Assembly (NCBI GenBank): GCA_001662655.1
Contig: KV460258.1
Strand: one strand, 5' to 3'
DNA: 64,000 bases
Source of the DNA: Pseudogymnoascus verrucosus
Taxonomy: Eukaryota
Part shown: piece by piece, positions 49,094 through 61,539 of the stretch
Layout of the letters: each line of letters begins with the position of its first letter
Numbering within the stretch: position 1 is the stretch's first letter
Program-made: the position numbers and the translations under genes
Notes under the pieces: model-generated
What the model was told of the DNA's origin: nothing
Database searches by the model: none
What the model saw: only the letters and a program-made list of their open reading frames with translations

Positions 49094-49777
49094 TTACTCC
49101 GCCTCGTGAAGTAATTCTCTGCCGCGCGCTACAATCATCGAATTTTTGATAACAGTTTCTTCTGATCCCTTCACCACTAACTCCCCGACAAACGCACCCA
49201 ACTCCTCGCCTTTAACCAGCATGGTCCCCAACACAAACGATGCTACGCTATTCTGGAGCGATTTGCCAATCAGTATCCCACTCGGGCGAATCACAAGCGC
49301 CTCCCACACCTCTTTATGCTGCTCCGCAAACTCAATGGTTTTTGACTCTGTGACGCCCTTGGCTTTCCGCTGCTGCGGCAAGAAAAACAGCGTGCGGGTC
49401 TGATCAGGCTCGACAAATGCGCCGGAGAGGAGAATAAACCTGAACTTGGACGCCTTTCCACTTTGTGGAGCAGGTAAACGCGCCACGAAGGCATCTTGGA
49501 AGGCGAGAGGATAGCGGGTGTTGACGTCTTCGTTGAGGTCATAGGTGCCGATGGCCCAGACCATTGCGTCGGCATCGCGGATCTTCTCCCATTTTTCGTC
49601 GTCGAGGTGCTCCAAGTCACCAAAGTCGGGAACAAGGATGTTTTCAGCCTTGGAGGGTAGATCGGGGATGGGTTTCCGAGTCAGCGCGATGATCTTGGTG
49701 ATTTCGTTCTGCTGGAGGAGGTGTTTTAGGATCTCCCCGCCGATGCTGCCGCTGGCGCCGGCGATAAGGACTTTCAT
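49094..49777 (-). CDS. NAD(P)-binding Rossmann-fold protein (atypical SDR)
   Basis: MKVLIAGASGSIGGEIL, IIALTRKP, IRPSGI. Confidence 0.88.
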   Translation of the reverse strand: MKVLIAGASGSIGGEILKHLLQQNEITKIIALTRKPIPDLPSKAENILVPDFGDLEHLDDEKWEKIRDADAMVWAIGTYDLNEDVNTRYPLAFQDAFVARLPAPQSGKASKFRFILLSGAFVEPDQTRTLFFLPQQRKAKGVTESKTIEFAEQHKEVWEALVIRPSGILIGKSLQNSVASFVLGTMLVKGEELGAFVGELVVKGSEETVIKNSMIVARGRELLHEAE

Positions 49778-50278
49778 TGCAGGGGTTGGTTTATTATTCT
49801 TAGGGTCGCGTCAATTCAACGTTGGGTCTGTGAATATTATATCTGGTATGCGGCATAACCTTTTATCTAAATTCTGGATTCTCAAGGCTGATGTTGACGC
49901 GCATACATGTTCCTTGCCGCTACTTCCAAATATAGGTATGAGATCAGATCGTTGCGGGGAATTAGGCTGCTGCAACTGTCACGCTAGTGGCGCGGCCTAA
50001 ATGCCGTAGGCTAGCGCCACTAGGGGGATCTCCATCCCCTATCTTTATTCCCGTTGTTGCCAACGATCGCGATCTCCACAGGACCACACCGCCAAGGAGA
50101 AAGTGAATGTATTGTATAAAAGCATATAGGAATGACCTGTATGGAGATGTAAATAACTGAGCCCTATTTGTTATTTTACTTTCATGGTCATCACCCTACT
50201 CGTCAACTCTGGCCACAGTTTACATTTAGTGTTGTCAGCCCACCCGTGGTTTCATCAACATCTTTCATCTTATCTATC

Positions 50279-51690
50279 ATGCGCACTCGATCGCAAGCCA
50301 AGAGAGAGGCCAAAACAGCCCCTGTGACACTCACCAGCCTCCCAAATGAGACTCTGGAACTGATCTTTAGCACGTTTTTAATACACCAGTCAATAGCACC
50401 TGATGCGTACTTTCGTGGAACGTAGGAGAAAAGCGACGAGCGGTCCTGGCACTCGATACAATGCCATGTGCTGTTCTCGCTATCCCTTGTTTCTAAGCGA
50501 TTTTGCGATATTGCGCAGCCCATCCTCTACAACGAGTTCGTCCCGGATATGGCGACTCTTGGAAGTCAACCCTGTACTCATGAGATGCCCGACTCACTTC
50601 TTTCCTGCAAACCGTAGCACGACGCCCAGACCTTGCCGCGTTAGTAAAAAGGATCTATATTCACTCGAACCTACTGAAATCCGTTGACGACAAGGAGAAT
50701 AAGAATGAGGCTCACCAAGCTGCACTTGCATTAGGGATCAAAAAGTGGCCGAGTGGCGAGCTGGTTACAATTTCACTCACCAAACTGCCAAACTGCTTAA
50801 CTGCCTAACTGCCTGACCTAAAACACTTCAGCCTCCAAACGGTGACGAACCCCGTTGGGTACCTCAGCTCCTCATACCTACGGGCTTTAGGTACTTCTGT
50901 TCTGCCTCTTACGACTATAGACATCAACACGTATGCCACATCAAACGCGCCTGTTTCTATGTCCCTATTCAACTTGTATAGCTGTGCGGGCGCCATCCTT
51001 GATCAAACTACCAACCTAGAGAAACTCAACCTCCACATGTGCGGTGGCATTCAGCACGGAGCCCCTATCCCGACCTTTCCAAAACTCAAGACCGTACGTA
51101 TCACACACAACAGACTCAATGAGAAGGACCTTGAAGGACTCCTTTCTTCTTGCACTGGTCTACGCACCTTCGTCTTCGAGGCTACATACCCTTACGTAAG
51201 TCGACTCGACTGTGTCCAAGGCTTCGGTCCTAGAGACCACTTTAGTCTGGATAATGCCGTTAAATATCACAGTCGGCACCGTGCAACACTCATGTTGCTG
51301 CATCTTGATCTCCGGGCGAGGGGGGTTGGTTACTTTGTAAGCGAAGTCAACGCCCGTCCGCCCTTCTTCCACCTCAAAGGCTTCAAGGCGCTGGAGCACC
51401 AGTTCTTCAACTCTCATGGGATATACGGAGCAAGCCATTCGTTAAAGACAAAGGGGAATAACAGTGAGAGACAAGGCCCAGAACGCCTTTCTCACATGAA
51501 TGTATCGTTCTGAAGGAAGCACAAGACTCCCGAGACGAGAATTCTTATCAGTTTGGTTCCGCTCGGGAGCGGCCTGAATAGCTACACCGAGATATGCGGC
51601 ATCAGCTCCTCCCAGGATATCCTTCACGAATGTCCTGTGCGTCTTCCTCCTGGCCATGAGGCTGAACTGCAGGAAAGCCTAATCTGAGAC
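50279..51690 (+). pseudogene. F-box/LRR-like pseudogene
   Basis: LTSLPNETLELIF F-box start; TAG at 50423-50425; frameshift near 50542; further TGA and TAA stops; LRR-like LEKLNL/LKTVRI/LRTFVF segments. Confidence 0.8.
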
Positions 51691-52457
51691 ACGTCCAGGC
51701 TGGGGGATTTAACCATGGGAAAAATAACACACCAGATGCCTCAATGGCGGGGTGTGCCAAGCACAAGCGCAGTTGGAGACACTACTGTTATCCCTTGTGC
51801 GGGTCCTCCCAGCCACCTTGTGGCTACCCAATGTGTCAAAAAAGCACCGACAACCGTACTCCATCCACCTTTTCAGGACATAAAGCCGGTGCGGTAGAGA
51901 ATAAAAAAGCAAATTTGCACAATATGTCGAATATATCCCACTTATCTATCCAACGAAAGGGGAGTTGCCTCGGCGCACCCCTCGTTAATCGGGATATGTG
52001 ATTGGCCAATCCCCGCTACAACGTTATGACGTCACACATCCCACTTTCCCAACCTCGTCTTTACCTGAGCGATTCGACAAGAAAGCTGTTTTTTCCCTGC
52101 TTCTTCCCCTCCACAATATGGCCCATCATGGCCCTTCTAGTCCTGTATTGCCCCCCTTGGCTAGAAAATGATAACTTTCCATCCATCCTAGCTAAGGGTC
52201 CTCGGCGAAAGACCCCTCTACGCCCATACGTCATCCTGTAGTTTTGCTTGAATGTGAAAGTCCTCTTTATCCTTTTGGGGCGGTTGATGCACATATATAA
52301 CCATGTGCTGCACTCTTGTGCATTCATTGAATTTTGATCCTTTTAGCCCATGAAACCATTGACGATGTCTCGGCGTTGATATTTGAGTACAAAAATATAC
52401 GCCTGCATAAATATATATATACCTGAAATAAGCAACGGTTCTCATTGCGCAATCAAA

Positions 52458-52893
52458 ATGGTATGTCGACTCCAAATCCGCGCGCACAGGTAGCAGGTGG
52501 TGGTCCTGGATTCCGGGCTCCCCGCAATGTCTTACCATTCATCAAACTAACAACGGGCAGTATATCCCCATTGCCAACCTCGAGGTGCGACAAGCATCTG
52601 CAGATGCGGCAGCCGCGAGCCCTCAACCTAACTGCATGTCCGGTGGCTCGATCGCCGGTATCGTTATCGGCTGCATCGCAGGGACACTATTCTTCGTCTG
52701 GCTCTGGAGTGCACTCCGGAGGAACACAACCGATGAGGGGTACAAGCATGGCGCTGTAGCGACCTCGTCGCGGCCATACGACGGAAGGAGGCGGCGCAGG
52801 AGGCACTCGAGCGCTGGAGGTCGACCAGTGAGCCGGTCATACAGCACTTACGAGACGACTGAGAGGCCGGCAAGGGTGGTTTATCGGAACTAA
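52458..52893 (+). CDS. Small single-pass membrane protein (111 aa)
   Basis: ATG-only first coding exon, intron 52461-52560 (GTATGT..CTAAC..CAG), SGGSIAGIVIGCIAGTLFFVWLW followed by an Arg-rich tail. Confidence 0.75.
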
Positions 52894-53346
52894 GAGGCTA
52901 GGATGAGGAAATAGGGGGAAAACGGTGTTCGGGTTGAGTAATGAGGTCTGAGGCCACGAATGAGATGATGCCAGTAACGATATGCACATATTTACGCGTC
53001 GGGGACGATTTTTGTACTAGATAGCATTATAAACCGACATAGAGCGCGAGCCATAAATATATAACTGATTATTTTGCTACATATACTATTCAACTGCATC
53101 GTCCTACAGTCTTATCTCATCTCCAAATTACCCCGCACCATCCCCCAATGAGACAATCAAACACACCACCACAACGTCACCACGAGCTGATTTAACTTAC
53201 CACAAAACTTTAGATTAGCAAACAAATACAACATCTATCCAGAACTTGCCACCTTTCAATATTAACACGTCTATATGCTCGTGAAGTCCATATTATCCAA
53301 ACTCAAATCTTTCATCTTTCACCCGCAATACCTGCTCTATTCCACC

Positions 53347-54236
53347 ATGGCTTGGCGATGCAGCGGCACGACAAACGCCGAGCTCGTCGAGAACCTCTTC
53401 AGAAATAGGATTATCCAGACAACCCGTGTGAAAGAGGCCATGCTCAAGGTAATAAACCCACATACTCTCCATCTTATCCCTCTACCCCCAACCTTGGAGA
53501 AACAAGCTAGCTAACACATCCATCCACCCAGGTTGACCGCGGGCAATACTGCCCCGGCCACGCCTCCGCCTATGCAGACAGCCCACAGGCCATCGGATGG
53601 CGCGCCACAATTTCCGCCCCACACATGCACGCCTCAGCTCTCGAGTCTCTCTTCCCCTCGACCCGTTCCGCCGTCACTGGCTACCCCGCCGACCGACCCA
53701 TGCGCGTCCTCGACGTCGGGTCTGGGTCTGGGTATCTCACTCACGTGATGGCTGAGCTCGCCGGCGAGGATGGTAAGGTGGTGGGAATCGAGCATATCAA
53801 GGAGCTTGCTGAGTTGGGGAGGGAGAATATGGAGAAGAGTGCTGAGGGAGCTGCGATGTTGGAGAGTGGGAGGGTGAGATTTGTTGTTGGGGATGGGAGG
53901 AAGGGGTGGGTGGAGCCGGATATTGGGAAGAAAAATATCGGGCAGGACACGTGGGATGAGAAGGGGTGGGATGCTATTCATGTTGGGGCTGGGGCAGCCC
54001 ATCTTCACGAAGAGTTGGTTGCGCAGCTGAGGCGACCGGGAAGGTACGTTTGAGATGCGATGGTGGAGGATATGAAGTGCTAATAAATGAGTAGAATGTT
54101 CATCCCTGTTGATGATGCTACAACTGGGATTGGGCAACATATTTGGCTCGTGGACAAGGACGTAAATGGTGTTGTGAAGAAGAAGCAGATGTACGGGGTT
54201 TCCTATGTGCCACTCACGGATCCGAACTTGCTATAA
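53347..54236 (+). CDS. pcm: Protein-L-isoaspartate O-methyltransferase (PIMT)
   Basis: [44 protein letters not shown]; introns 53449-53531 and 54043-54094; in-frame upstream ATG at 53275. Confidence 0.93.
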
Positions 54237-54617
54237 TTAATCTAATGTAATTTAATATAAATCAGCTGTTTGAAAGTTAGAGTTTGAGATGTCTACCAGT
54301 ATTTTTTGGGCTCTGTTCCTGATAGATTTGTGACGTAGATTATAGTATTTACAGATCGTTTAAATAATTGGCTCGGCTGTTCTAATTGTGGCCTGATTTC
54401 TGTTGATAGGCCATATATTTTGGAGTATGGTTTACTTAAAATGGAGTTGTTGGGAAGGGGCGACTCTTGTATGGCGCGCGTCAGTTATCCACTTCCAGGT
54501 TGTGTTGTTCGTTATATCATCTATTGATAGTACACATACAGACTCCCCTTAGGCATCGCATTTTATTGCTTTTGATAATAACCTGCCTTCGTTCGTCACG
54601 CCATCGCAACCGCCAAA

Positions 54618-56082
54618 ATGGCGGACATGAATGAATACATCGCTACTGAGACGATTAAAGCAGAAGAGAAGATATCCAGGTACCGACCAGGTGGATTTCA
54701 CCCTATTGCTCTTGGCAATTCCTTTAAACAAGGCCGCTATACTGTCGTCCATAAACTTGGCTATGGGGGGTTTTCTACGGTATGGGTTGCATATGACGAT
54801 ATGTTAGTTCTATAACCAAGCAAATTCTTTTCGAGTGATACTGACAAGAAGTAGCCTTCATCAATGGGTGGCTCTCAAAATCATGACTGCTGCAATCACC
54901 GAGACATCTCGAGAACTCAGGTGGTACGATGCGTTGGGGGCATGGCGCCCAGACAGCCTATACTCTAAGTACATTGTCCGATTACTGGATCATTTCATTA
55001 TCGAAGGGCCAAATGGTGCGCATTTGGCCCTGGCATTTGAGCTTATGGGTCCCAATCTCAGATCAATTGTCAAAACCGAGTACCACAATCGCGCAGAGGT
55101 TGATCCGACAACCATCCTGAAAATGACAGAACATGTGCTCAAAGCGCTTGAATTTATCCACCAGAGTGGATTTGCACATGGAGGTATGGTCCACTATCGG
55201 CTGGTCTCTGAACCAGTTCGAAACCTCCTACCACGTTGTGACTGGGCACCTGACCTGCGACAGATATAAGCACCAAAAATATGGCATTTAAGGCCGAGTA
55301 TCTGTCAAAGATGACAAAAGAAAAGCTCTTCGAGGTCCTTGGAGCTCCCTCCGTTGGGAACGTGGCTCGCGTCGATGGGCAACCACTCGCAGATGGAATA
55401 CCCCACTACCTCGTAGGAAGCGCAACCTGGGATGGATGGGTTAGCGAATGTGACGAGGACTTTCGGCTTCTTGACTTTGGAGAATGTTTTGTTCTCGGAA
55501 GGGAACCTGAGATTATCACCCAGCCTGGGGGATTAATGCCACCCGAAACTGTTCTCACGGAAGGGTATGACTACAGAGTAGACCTGTGGCGTGTTGGCAT
55601 TGTGGTAAGATTTACCGTTTCGATAATTCTCCGGGAACCATGCTCACACGTTGATGGTAGATCTACTCGTTTGTGTTCGGAGGACTCCCATTCTATTGCA
55701 TCGGGGACAGAGACAACCTTGTTATCCAGATGATTGAATTTATCGGAGACCTTCCACAAGAGTGGAAGCCCAGCTTTGATCACTTGAGGATTGACTTCAA
55801 AAGACAGCCTCTGCTAGGTCAGTATGTTTCAGCCCCTTGCCTAATATAGTGGGCAATCCATTCAAGTTTTACTCTTATTGGGCGATTCGGACAGTATCTA
55901 ACAGAGCCATAACAATAGAGGGTGACCTTCGTGTTGACCGAGGGCTCGAATACAAATTCAAACATCAGATCCATGAAGCCGAGCTGCAGCCCCTCCTCCC
56001 TGTTATTCAGGGGCTGATGAAGTTTAGGCCGTCCGAGCGAATTTCGGCTCAGCAAGCTCTGGAGATGATGAAGTCCAGGTAG
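54618..56082 (+). CDS. SRPK-like (CMGC) protein kinase, lineage-expanded fungal type
   Basis: YRPGGFHPI, HKLGYGGFSTVW, VALKI, HGDISTKN, LLDFGE, PPE, VDLW; four introns. Confidence 0.88.
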
Positions 56083-56333
56083 CGTGGGGGCAGAGTTATT
56101 ATGGCATGTGCGGCGCGCAAAGAGGCTGGCGGATTACCTCGATTAAGCGGGCGTTTAACGGATATATTTTTTCTAAGACTTGTTTCAGTACCAGCGTCGG
56201 TCTAGCCTCTCATTATTACATCGACATTTGGGTCCACAGAGGCAGCATCCCATTATACCACGTGAAACCAAGATATTAGCCTTGTAGAATATTCTGACAA
56301 CCTGGCTCTATAACCTGGCTCTATCCTGTATCC

Positions 56334-57638
56334 TTAAAGCACGTTTCTGGAAGGTTCAAAAAGCTCATCTACCTCAGGCACACCGTTCACCCGATTTTCA
56401 AGCATATACAACCAGTCTAGATCTCTCAAGACCTGCACCAGCGTCTTTCCATACCCTGCATCGGAATCTAGGGCAAACAGGCCAGTTTCTAGGAGCGTTG
56501 GCAAGCAATCATACGCGCGACCTCCATTTTCTAGTGCATTCTGGAGAATGGAGTGTCCGTCTTCGTCCCTCGTGTGAATATCGGCGCCCGCTTTGACCAA
56601 CATCATGAATATGGCCATGCTTCCTCTCTCCACGCAACATGATAGAGGTGTCTGTCCTACTACCGTCCGAGAATTGAGATACATCCCCGATTCTATTAGA
56701 ATTTCCACGAAGTCCTTATCTCGTCGGTTCAGGATTGCGATGTGTAGCGGCGTCTTGTTATCCTCAAACACTCCAATTTCGGTATTAGGGCCGAGCTCAA
56801 GCATTGCCTTCAGCGCCTGGATATACCATGAATCCGGGGCCGGTTTTCTCTTCATCACCAAGAGATGGAGCGGAGTGTATCCCAACTCGTCTTGTGCGTC
56901 GATATCAGCGCCATTTTCACATAGGAGTCGAATAGCAGCGACATGGCCATTGTCTGCTGCGAAGTGGAGCGGTGTCCTCCCCTCCCAGTCCCGCGCGTTC
57001 ACATCCACCCCTTTTTGAATCAGGAATCGAATGATCTTCGGGCGACCCCCAATCGCGGCCTGGTGCAACGCCGTACGTGCTTCATAACCACTACTTATAT
57101 GTACGTCCGCGCCATGCTTCACTATGAGGAACACCGCCAGGGAGTTTCGCAATGTTGCGTGGTAATTCAGGAGAGTCTTTTCTTGTTCTTCGTATTCTTC
57201 TTGGTCGTATTCTTCTTGTCTTTGGTCGAATTCATCTAGACGAATGCTATCTATATTGGCACCATACTCGACAAATCGACTGATCACAACATCACGGGTC
57301 CGTATCTTGTCTGTCACTGGGGTTGGGAGACCCTCTGGTGTGGTGGGATTGGAAGGGTTGTTATATTCTTCTAGGTCCTCATCAAGCTGAGTGAAGTACC
57401 ACGAGGTGAAGTCTTTTGTTTCTAGAGGAGTTAGCTGCACTTTGATACCAGAGCACCCGCCATATGTGATGTTGTGCTGGTAAAGGAGCGGCATGACTAG
57501 ACTATAAACATGTCGATTTGTACGGGCGAAGCGGGAGAGTGATTCACTCTGGTCTAAACAGTTTGCGATGGAAAGGATGAGTTCGTTAGGGAGATTAAGT
57601 AGGGCCATAGTGTCCTCAATGTTTTTGTATGGAGCCAT
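56334..57638 (-). CDS. F-box-like plus ankyrin-repeat protein
   Basis: LLNLPNELILSIANCL N-terminus; about 6 ankyrin repeats (TALHQAA, TPLHFAA, TPLHLLV, TPLHIAI). Confidence 0.88.
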   Translation of the reverse strand: MAPYKNIEDTMALLNLPNELILSIANCLDQSESLSRFARTNRHVYSLVMPLLYQHNITYGGCSGIKVQLTPLETKDFTSWYFTQLDEDLEEYNNPSNPTTPEGLPTPVTDKIRTRDVVISRFVEYGANIDSIRLDEFDQRQEEYDQEEYEEQEKTLLNYHATLRNSLAVFLIVKHGADVHISSGYEARTALHQAAIGGRPKIIRFLIQKGVDVNARDWEGRTPLHFAADNGHVAAIRLLCENGADIDAQDELGYTPLHLLVMKRKPAPDSWYIQALKAMLELGPNTEIGVFEDNKTPLHIAILNRRDKDFVEILIESGMYLNSRTVVGQTPLSCCVERGSMAIFMMLVKAGADIHTRDEDGHSILQNALENGGRAYDCLPTLLETGLFALDSDAGYGKTLVQVLRDLDWLYMLENRVNGVPEVDELFEPSRNVL

Positions 57639-58941
57639 GTCCAGTTGTAGGGTTGGAGTTTGGATTCATGGCGTTTTATTCAGCTCGGAATTAGTAGGTA
57701 GGCTGTGCACGCGCCTGTTGTCTGATTACGTGATGTCGATAAACGGAGAGAGCCTACCTTTGGATCTCCAGACTTGCAAAGAGTTATTTTGCAGGGCAGA
57801 TATATAGAATATACGTTCCGAATAACTTCACGGGAAATGCATAATTAAAGTGGAGGCAGCACTTGCTGTAGTGTCTGTCAGTTTCCATGTTATGCTGTTG
57901 GTGATGGTCTATGAGGCTTGAAATATCGCGACGAACTCTGTTGTTCCAACTTCAAATCGACCACTGCTTTTTTTGTCATTTCTCCGAGACGCTTAGCTCA
58001 AAGTATCCCAGAAATTGACTTGAGGCCATTCTTGATGAACGACAGTTTGTGGAAGCTCCCGTCGAGAGAAGTTTGATTGCGAAGAAGCTCCGGAAAGAAG
58101 CCGACCGCGCGTCCGGCTGGCGCCGGATCATCAGGCTCCCTGAGACAAGACACGAGGCCTCGCCTCAGCTAGCTACACATTCGAGTGAAATTTGCACGAT
58201 TGACCTCGGTGAAAATCTTCGATATATGATCGACATTTATATCACGCGAGTTAATAATTGCTTTCCCTGTCATTCTCCAGGTGCCAGTACTCTTCTGGTG
58301 GGTTGTAGCAACGCCACGCGCTAGATCCCTATTCTCACATTGGATGAGCGCTGGTAGCGAGGTGGAACAGTGCCGAGGGGCCGTTACTTGATGCTGGGGG
58401 CGGGTCATCCCAGGGGTTGTGTTCACAAGCCCCAATCATGTTGGCGGAGACCTAAACATGCACCTACCTAGAAAGTAAAGCTTAGGGCACTAATAGGACA
58501 ATTAATCTATTCTGTCTGCGCCCGCCCCTCTCCGCCAGCTGTAGCTCCCTGTGCACTTCGCCCAAAGTAGGCCTCAGTGCCAAATCTATAGGTCATGGCT
58601 GGCTGATAACTGACGGTTAAGCTCAGTCGTTGCCATTCGCGAACGCCTATAGCCAGCCCCCCCGTGTTTTCTTATTGCACACCATGAACAGAAAGCATGG
58701 GGCGGGAGAATAATAGACCCACTTCATGCAGCCTTGAACGCAGCTCGGCATACTGCGTGATATCCCTTGAGTTTACTCCAACGAGGAAGGTGCGGTGTAC
58801 TCCGCCGCTTCTTTGGATATTTCACGTGAATCATGTTGTTTGCTGCGGGGGTACAGGCTCGAGATGTTATAGAAGGCCGAAGGATTCCCCAATTCTTACA
58901 CTCCTTGCCTATCCTTAAATTCTAGCGCGCCTTTAGAAACA

Positions 58942-60921
58942 ATGAAGTTCTTCCAGGCTATTGTCACTGGTGTTGTGGGGGCTCAGGTTGTCTTGGCTGC
59001 CGTTTCTGAGACTCCCGCGCTGGTCAAGGAAAGCGTCGCCTCAGATATCCTTAAAGATATTGAGAATGCAGCAACTTGCGCCGCATGCGAGGTATGAGAT
59101 TGAATATTACAACTCCAGTTTTTCAACCCAGATAGCTAACAGCGTGCCAGGCAGTTTTAATTGCCCTGAAGGGTCTTGCACACTTGGGCAATAAACCTTT
59201 CGTAAACGTTCTTACAGACATTTGCAAGCTTGCCAAGGCATGTAACTTCATTAACCAAAGAAATATCTACTAACATGGCCCAGGTTGAGGATGACGATGT
59301 CTGTGAGGGCCTCATTGCCGCAGAGGGACCAGTGATTGCACATGACATGAGAGGGATTAAAATTGGGTCTGCTACCTCCAAGACCCTTTGTGCCTCCCTC
59401 ATCGGACTTTGCCCATTCCCGGACGTGAAGCCGTACGCCATACCTTTCCCAAAGCCAAAGCCAGCCACCAAGCGCCCGGTTTCTAGCGGACAGGCGCCGA
59501 TTCAAGTTGTTCACATTAGTGATACTCACGTTGATCTCTCCTATGAGGTTGGTGCGAATTACAACTGCACGAAGCCAATCTGCTGTCGCTCATACACGCC
59601 CAATGATGCGCCAGGACACAACTCATATCCTGCTGGCGAATTCGGTAATCCCCTCTGCGATCCTCCGGTCACGCTCCAGGAAAGCATGGTTCAGGCCATT
59701 AAGGCCATTGCGCCTGATGCTGCATTCACAGTCTTCACTGGCGATGTCGTTGCACACGATCTCTGGTCTGTCGACAAGGCCGAGGTTCTTACTGACCTCA
59801 ACTCGACCTACTCTATCCTCTCCAACCTTGATCTTGTTTACCCCGTCATCGGCAACCACGACGTGGTGCCAGTCAACTGCATTCCTCCAACCACCATATC
59901 TACCACCTTAGGTGTTCAATGGGCATATGATACTCTTGCAAGTTACTGGAATGGCTGGATCAGCACCTCGGGAGAAGCTAATACCGCTAATGAGTATGGC
60001 GCCTACTCTGTGAAATATCCCGGAGGGAAGCTCCGCGTCATTTCGCTGAACTCTGTCTTCTACTATACCCTCAACTTCTGGCTGTACGAGGAGCCCATGC
60101 AGAACGACCCCAACGGTCAGTTCACTTGGCTTATCAAGGAGCTACAAAGCGCCGAGGATGCCGGAGACAACGTTTACATCATCTCCCACATCCCTCCCGG
60201 ATCCTCCGATTTCTTCCACAGCTTCTCCAACACCTTCAACAAAATCGTCAACCGCTATGACGCCACCATCGCTGCCATGTTTTACGGACACACCCACGTC
60301 GACGAGTTTGAGATCTCATACTCTGATTACGCCAACCGAAACGCTGACACTGCTGTTGCCATGTCGTACATCGCCCCTTCCATGACTCCCACGTCTGGCT
60401 CTCCTACATTCCGCGTCTACACTGTTGACCCAGTGACCTATGGTGTTCTCGACTTCATCGACTATACCACCGACATCACAGCAGACAAGCTCTCCTGGAC
60501 CAAGTACTACTCCGCTAAGGAGGCTTACGGTTCCCTACTCACCCCTCCTGTCACCGACGCTGCTGCCGAGCTTACCCCTGCCTTCTGGCACGATGTCACT
60601 ACCCTCTTTGAGACGAACGAGGCAGCCTTCAAGGATTTCTTCGCGCGCAAAAGCCGTGGTTTCAATGTTGAGGCTTGTGACGCTGCATGCAGAGCCGAGC
60701 AGATCTGCATGGCCCGAGCTGCAGAGTCGCAGTACAACTGCGACGTACTGAAGCCGGGATTGAACATATCTAAGCGTGACGAGGAAAGCCACGCCCACCG
60801 CGATGAGTGTGAGGGGACAAGACTAAGAGAAGTCTTTGGACAGATCGGCCAGAACCACGAGACGTTCATCAAGTATATTGATTCTGAGGTTGCGGCTTTC
60901 AAGAAGGCCAACGCTGTTTAA
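58942..60921 (+). CDS. Secreted acid sphingomyelinase-like phosphodiesterase (saposin-B plus metallophosphoesterase)
   Basis: Signal peptide, CAACE saposin start, HISDTHVD, TGDVVAHD, GNHD, ISHIPPG, FYGHTH; introns 59092-59150 and GC-AG 59238-59283. Confidence 0.93.
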
Positions 60922-61539
60922 TTCTTCTCTTCGATTTTAGATCGATTATGGCTTTGATTTTGGATACGTAGAATTTTGCCATGTTCGTTCTATTTAAGGC
61001 GGTAGTTGACGATAGATGAGAGATGATTATTTATAATGTATATATGGTAGCATCCATAATAAAATATTTGCACGGCGGGATGGAATATTCCAGTGCTGCA
61101 GAGGGTCAATAGTCAACATCAAAGATTGAAATGCCGGTAGTTTTCCCAAATTTTCATTCAAGAATAATAGCAATGGGTGGCGCGCGTTGGGTGATTGTTT
61201 CAGCCATTTTCCACTTCTAGAAATCTTGAAAGTGCTTAGGGGAAAGGAGATCCTTGTTCGAGATTGCTAAACATGTCTCCTTGTGATGTAATTCACGGAT
61301 TGTTCCAAGCCAGCCTCAAATGTTTGTGAATATACCCTTTCAAGGGAGCACCACAAATATAAATTGCTCATCTCCTCTCTGACCCTCTCTAGTTTGCAGT
61401 TTGTCTTTACAACACCACGCATAAAGAGAGCGGGACTGGGCGTATTTGCGCGTGCACCGCCTAACCTAAGCGCGGCCAATGGAGGCCTTAGCTACCACCA
61501 CACAAAGGCAGGTATATATATATATTAGATCAAGCGAAG

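Noticed and set aside
36828..49777. Secondary-metabolite biosynthetic gene cluster
   Set aside because: No PKS, NRPS, terpene synthase or other backbone enzyme in the window.
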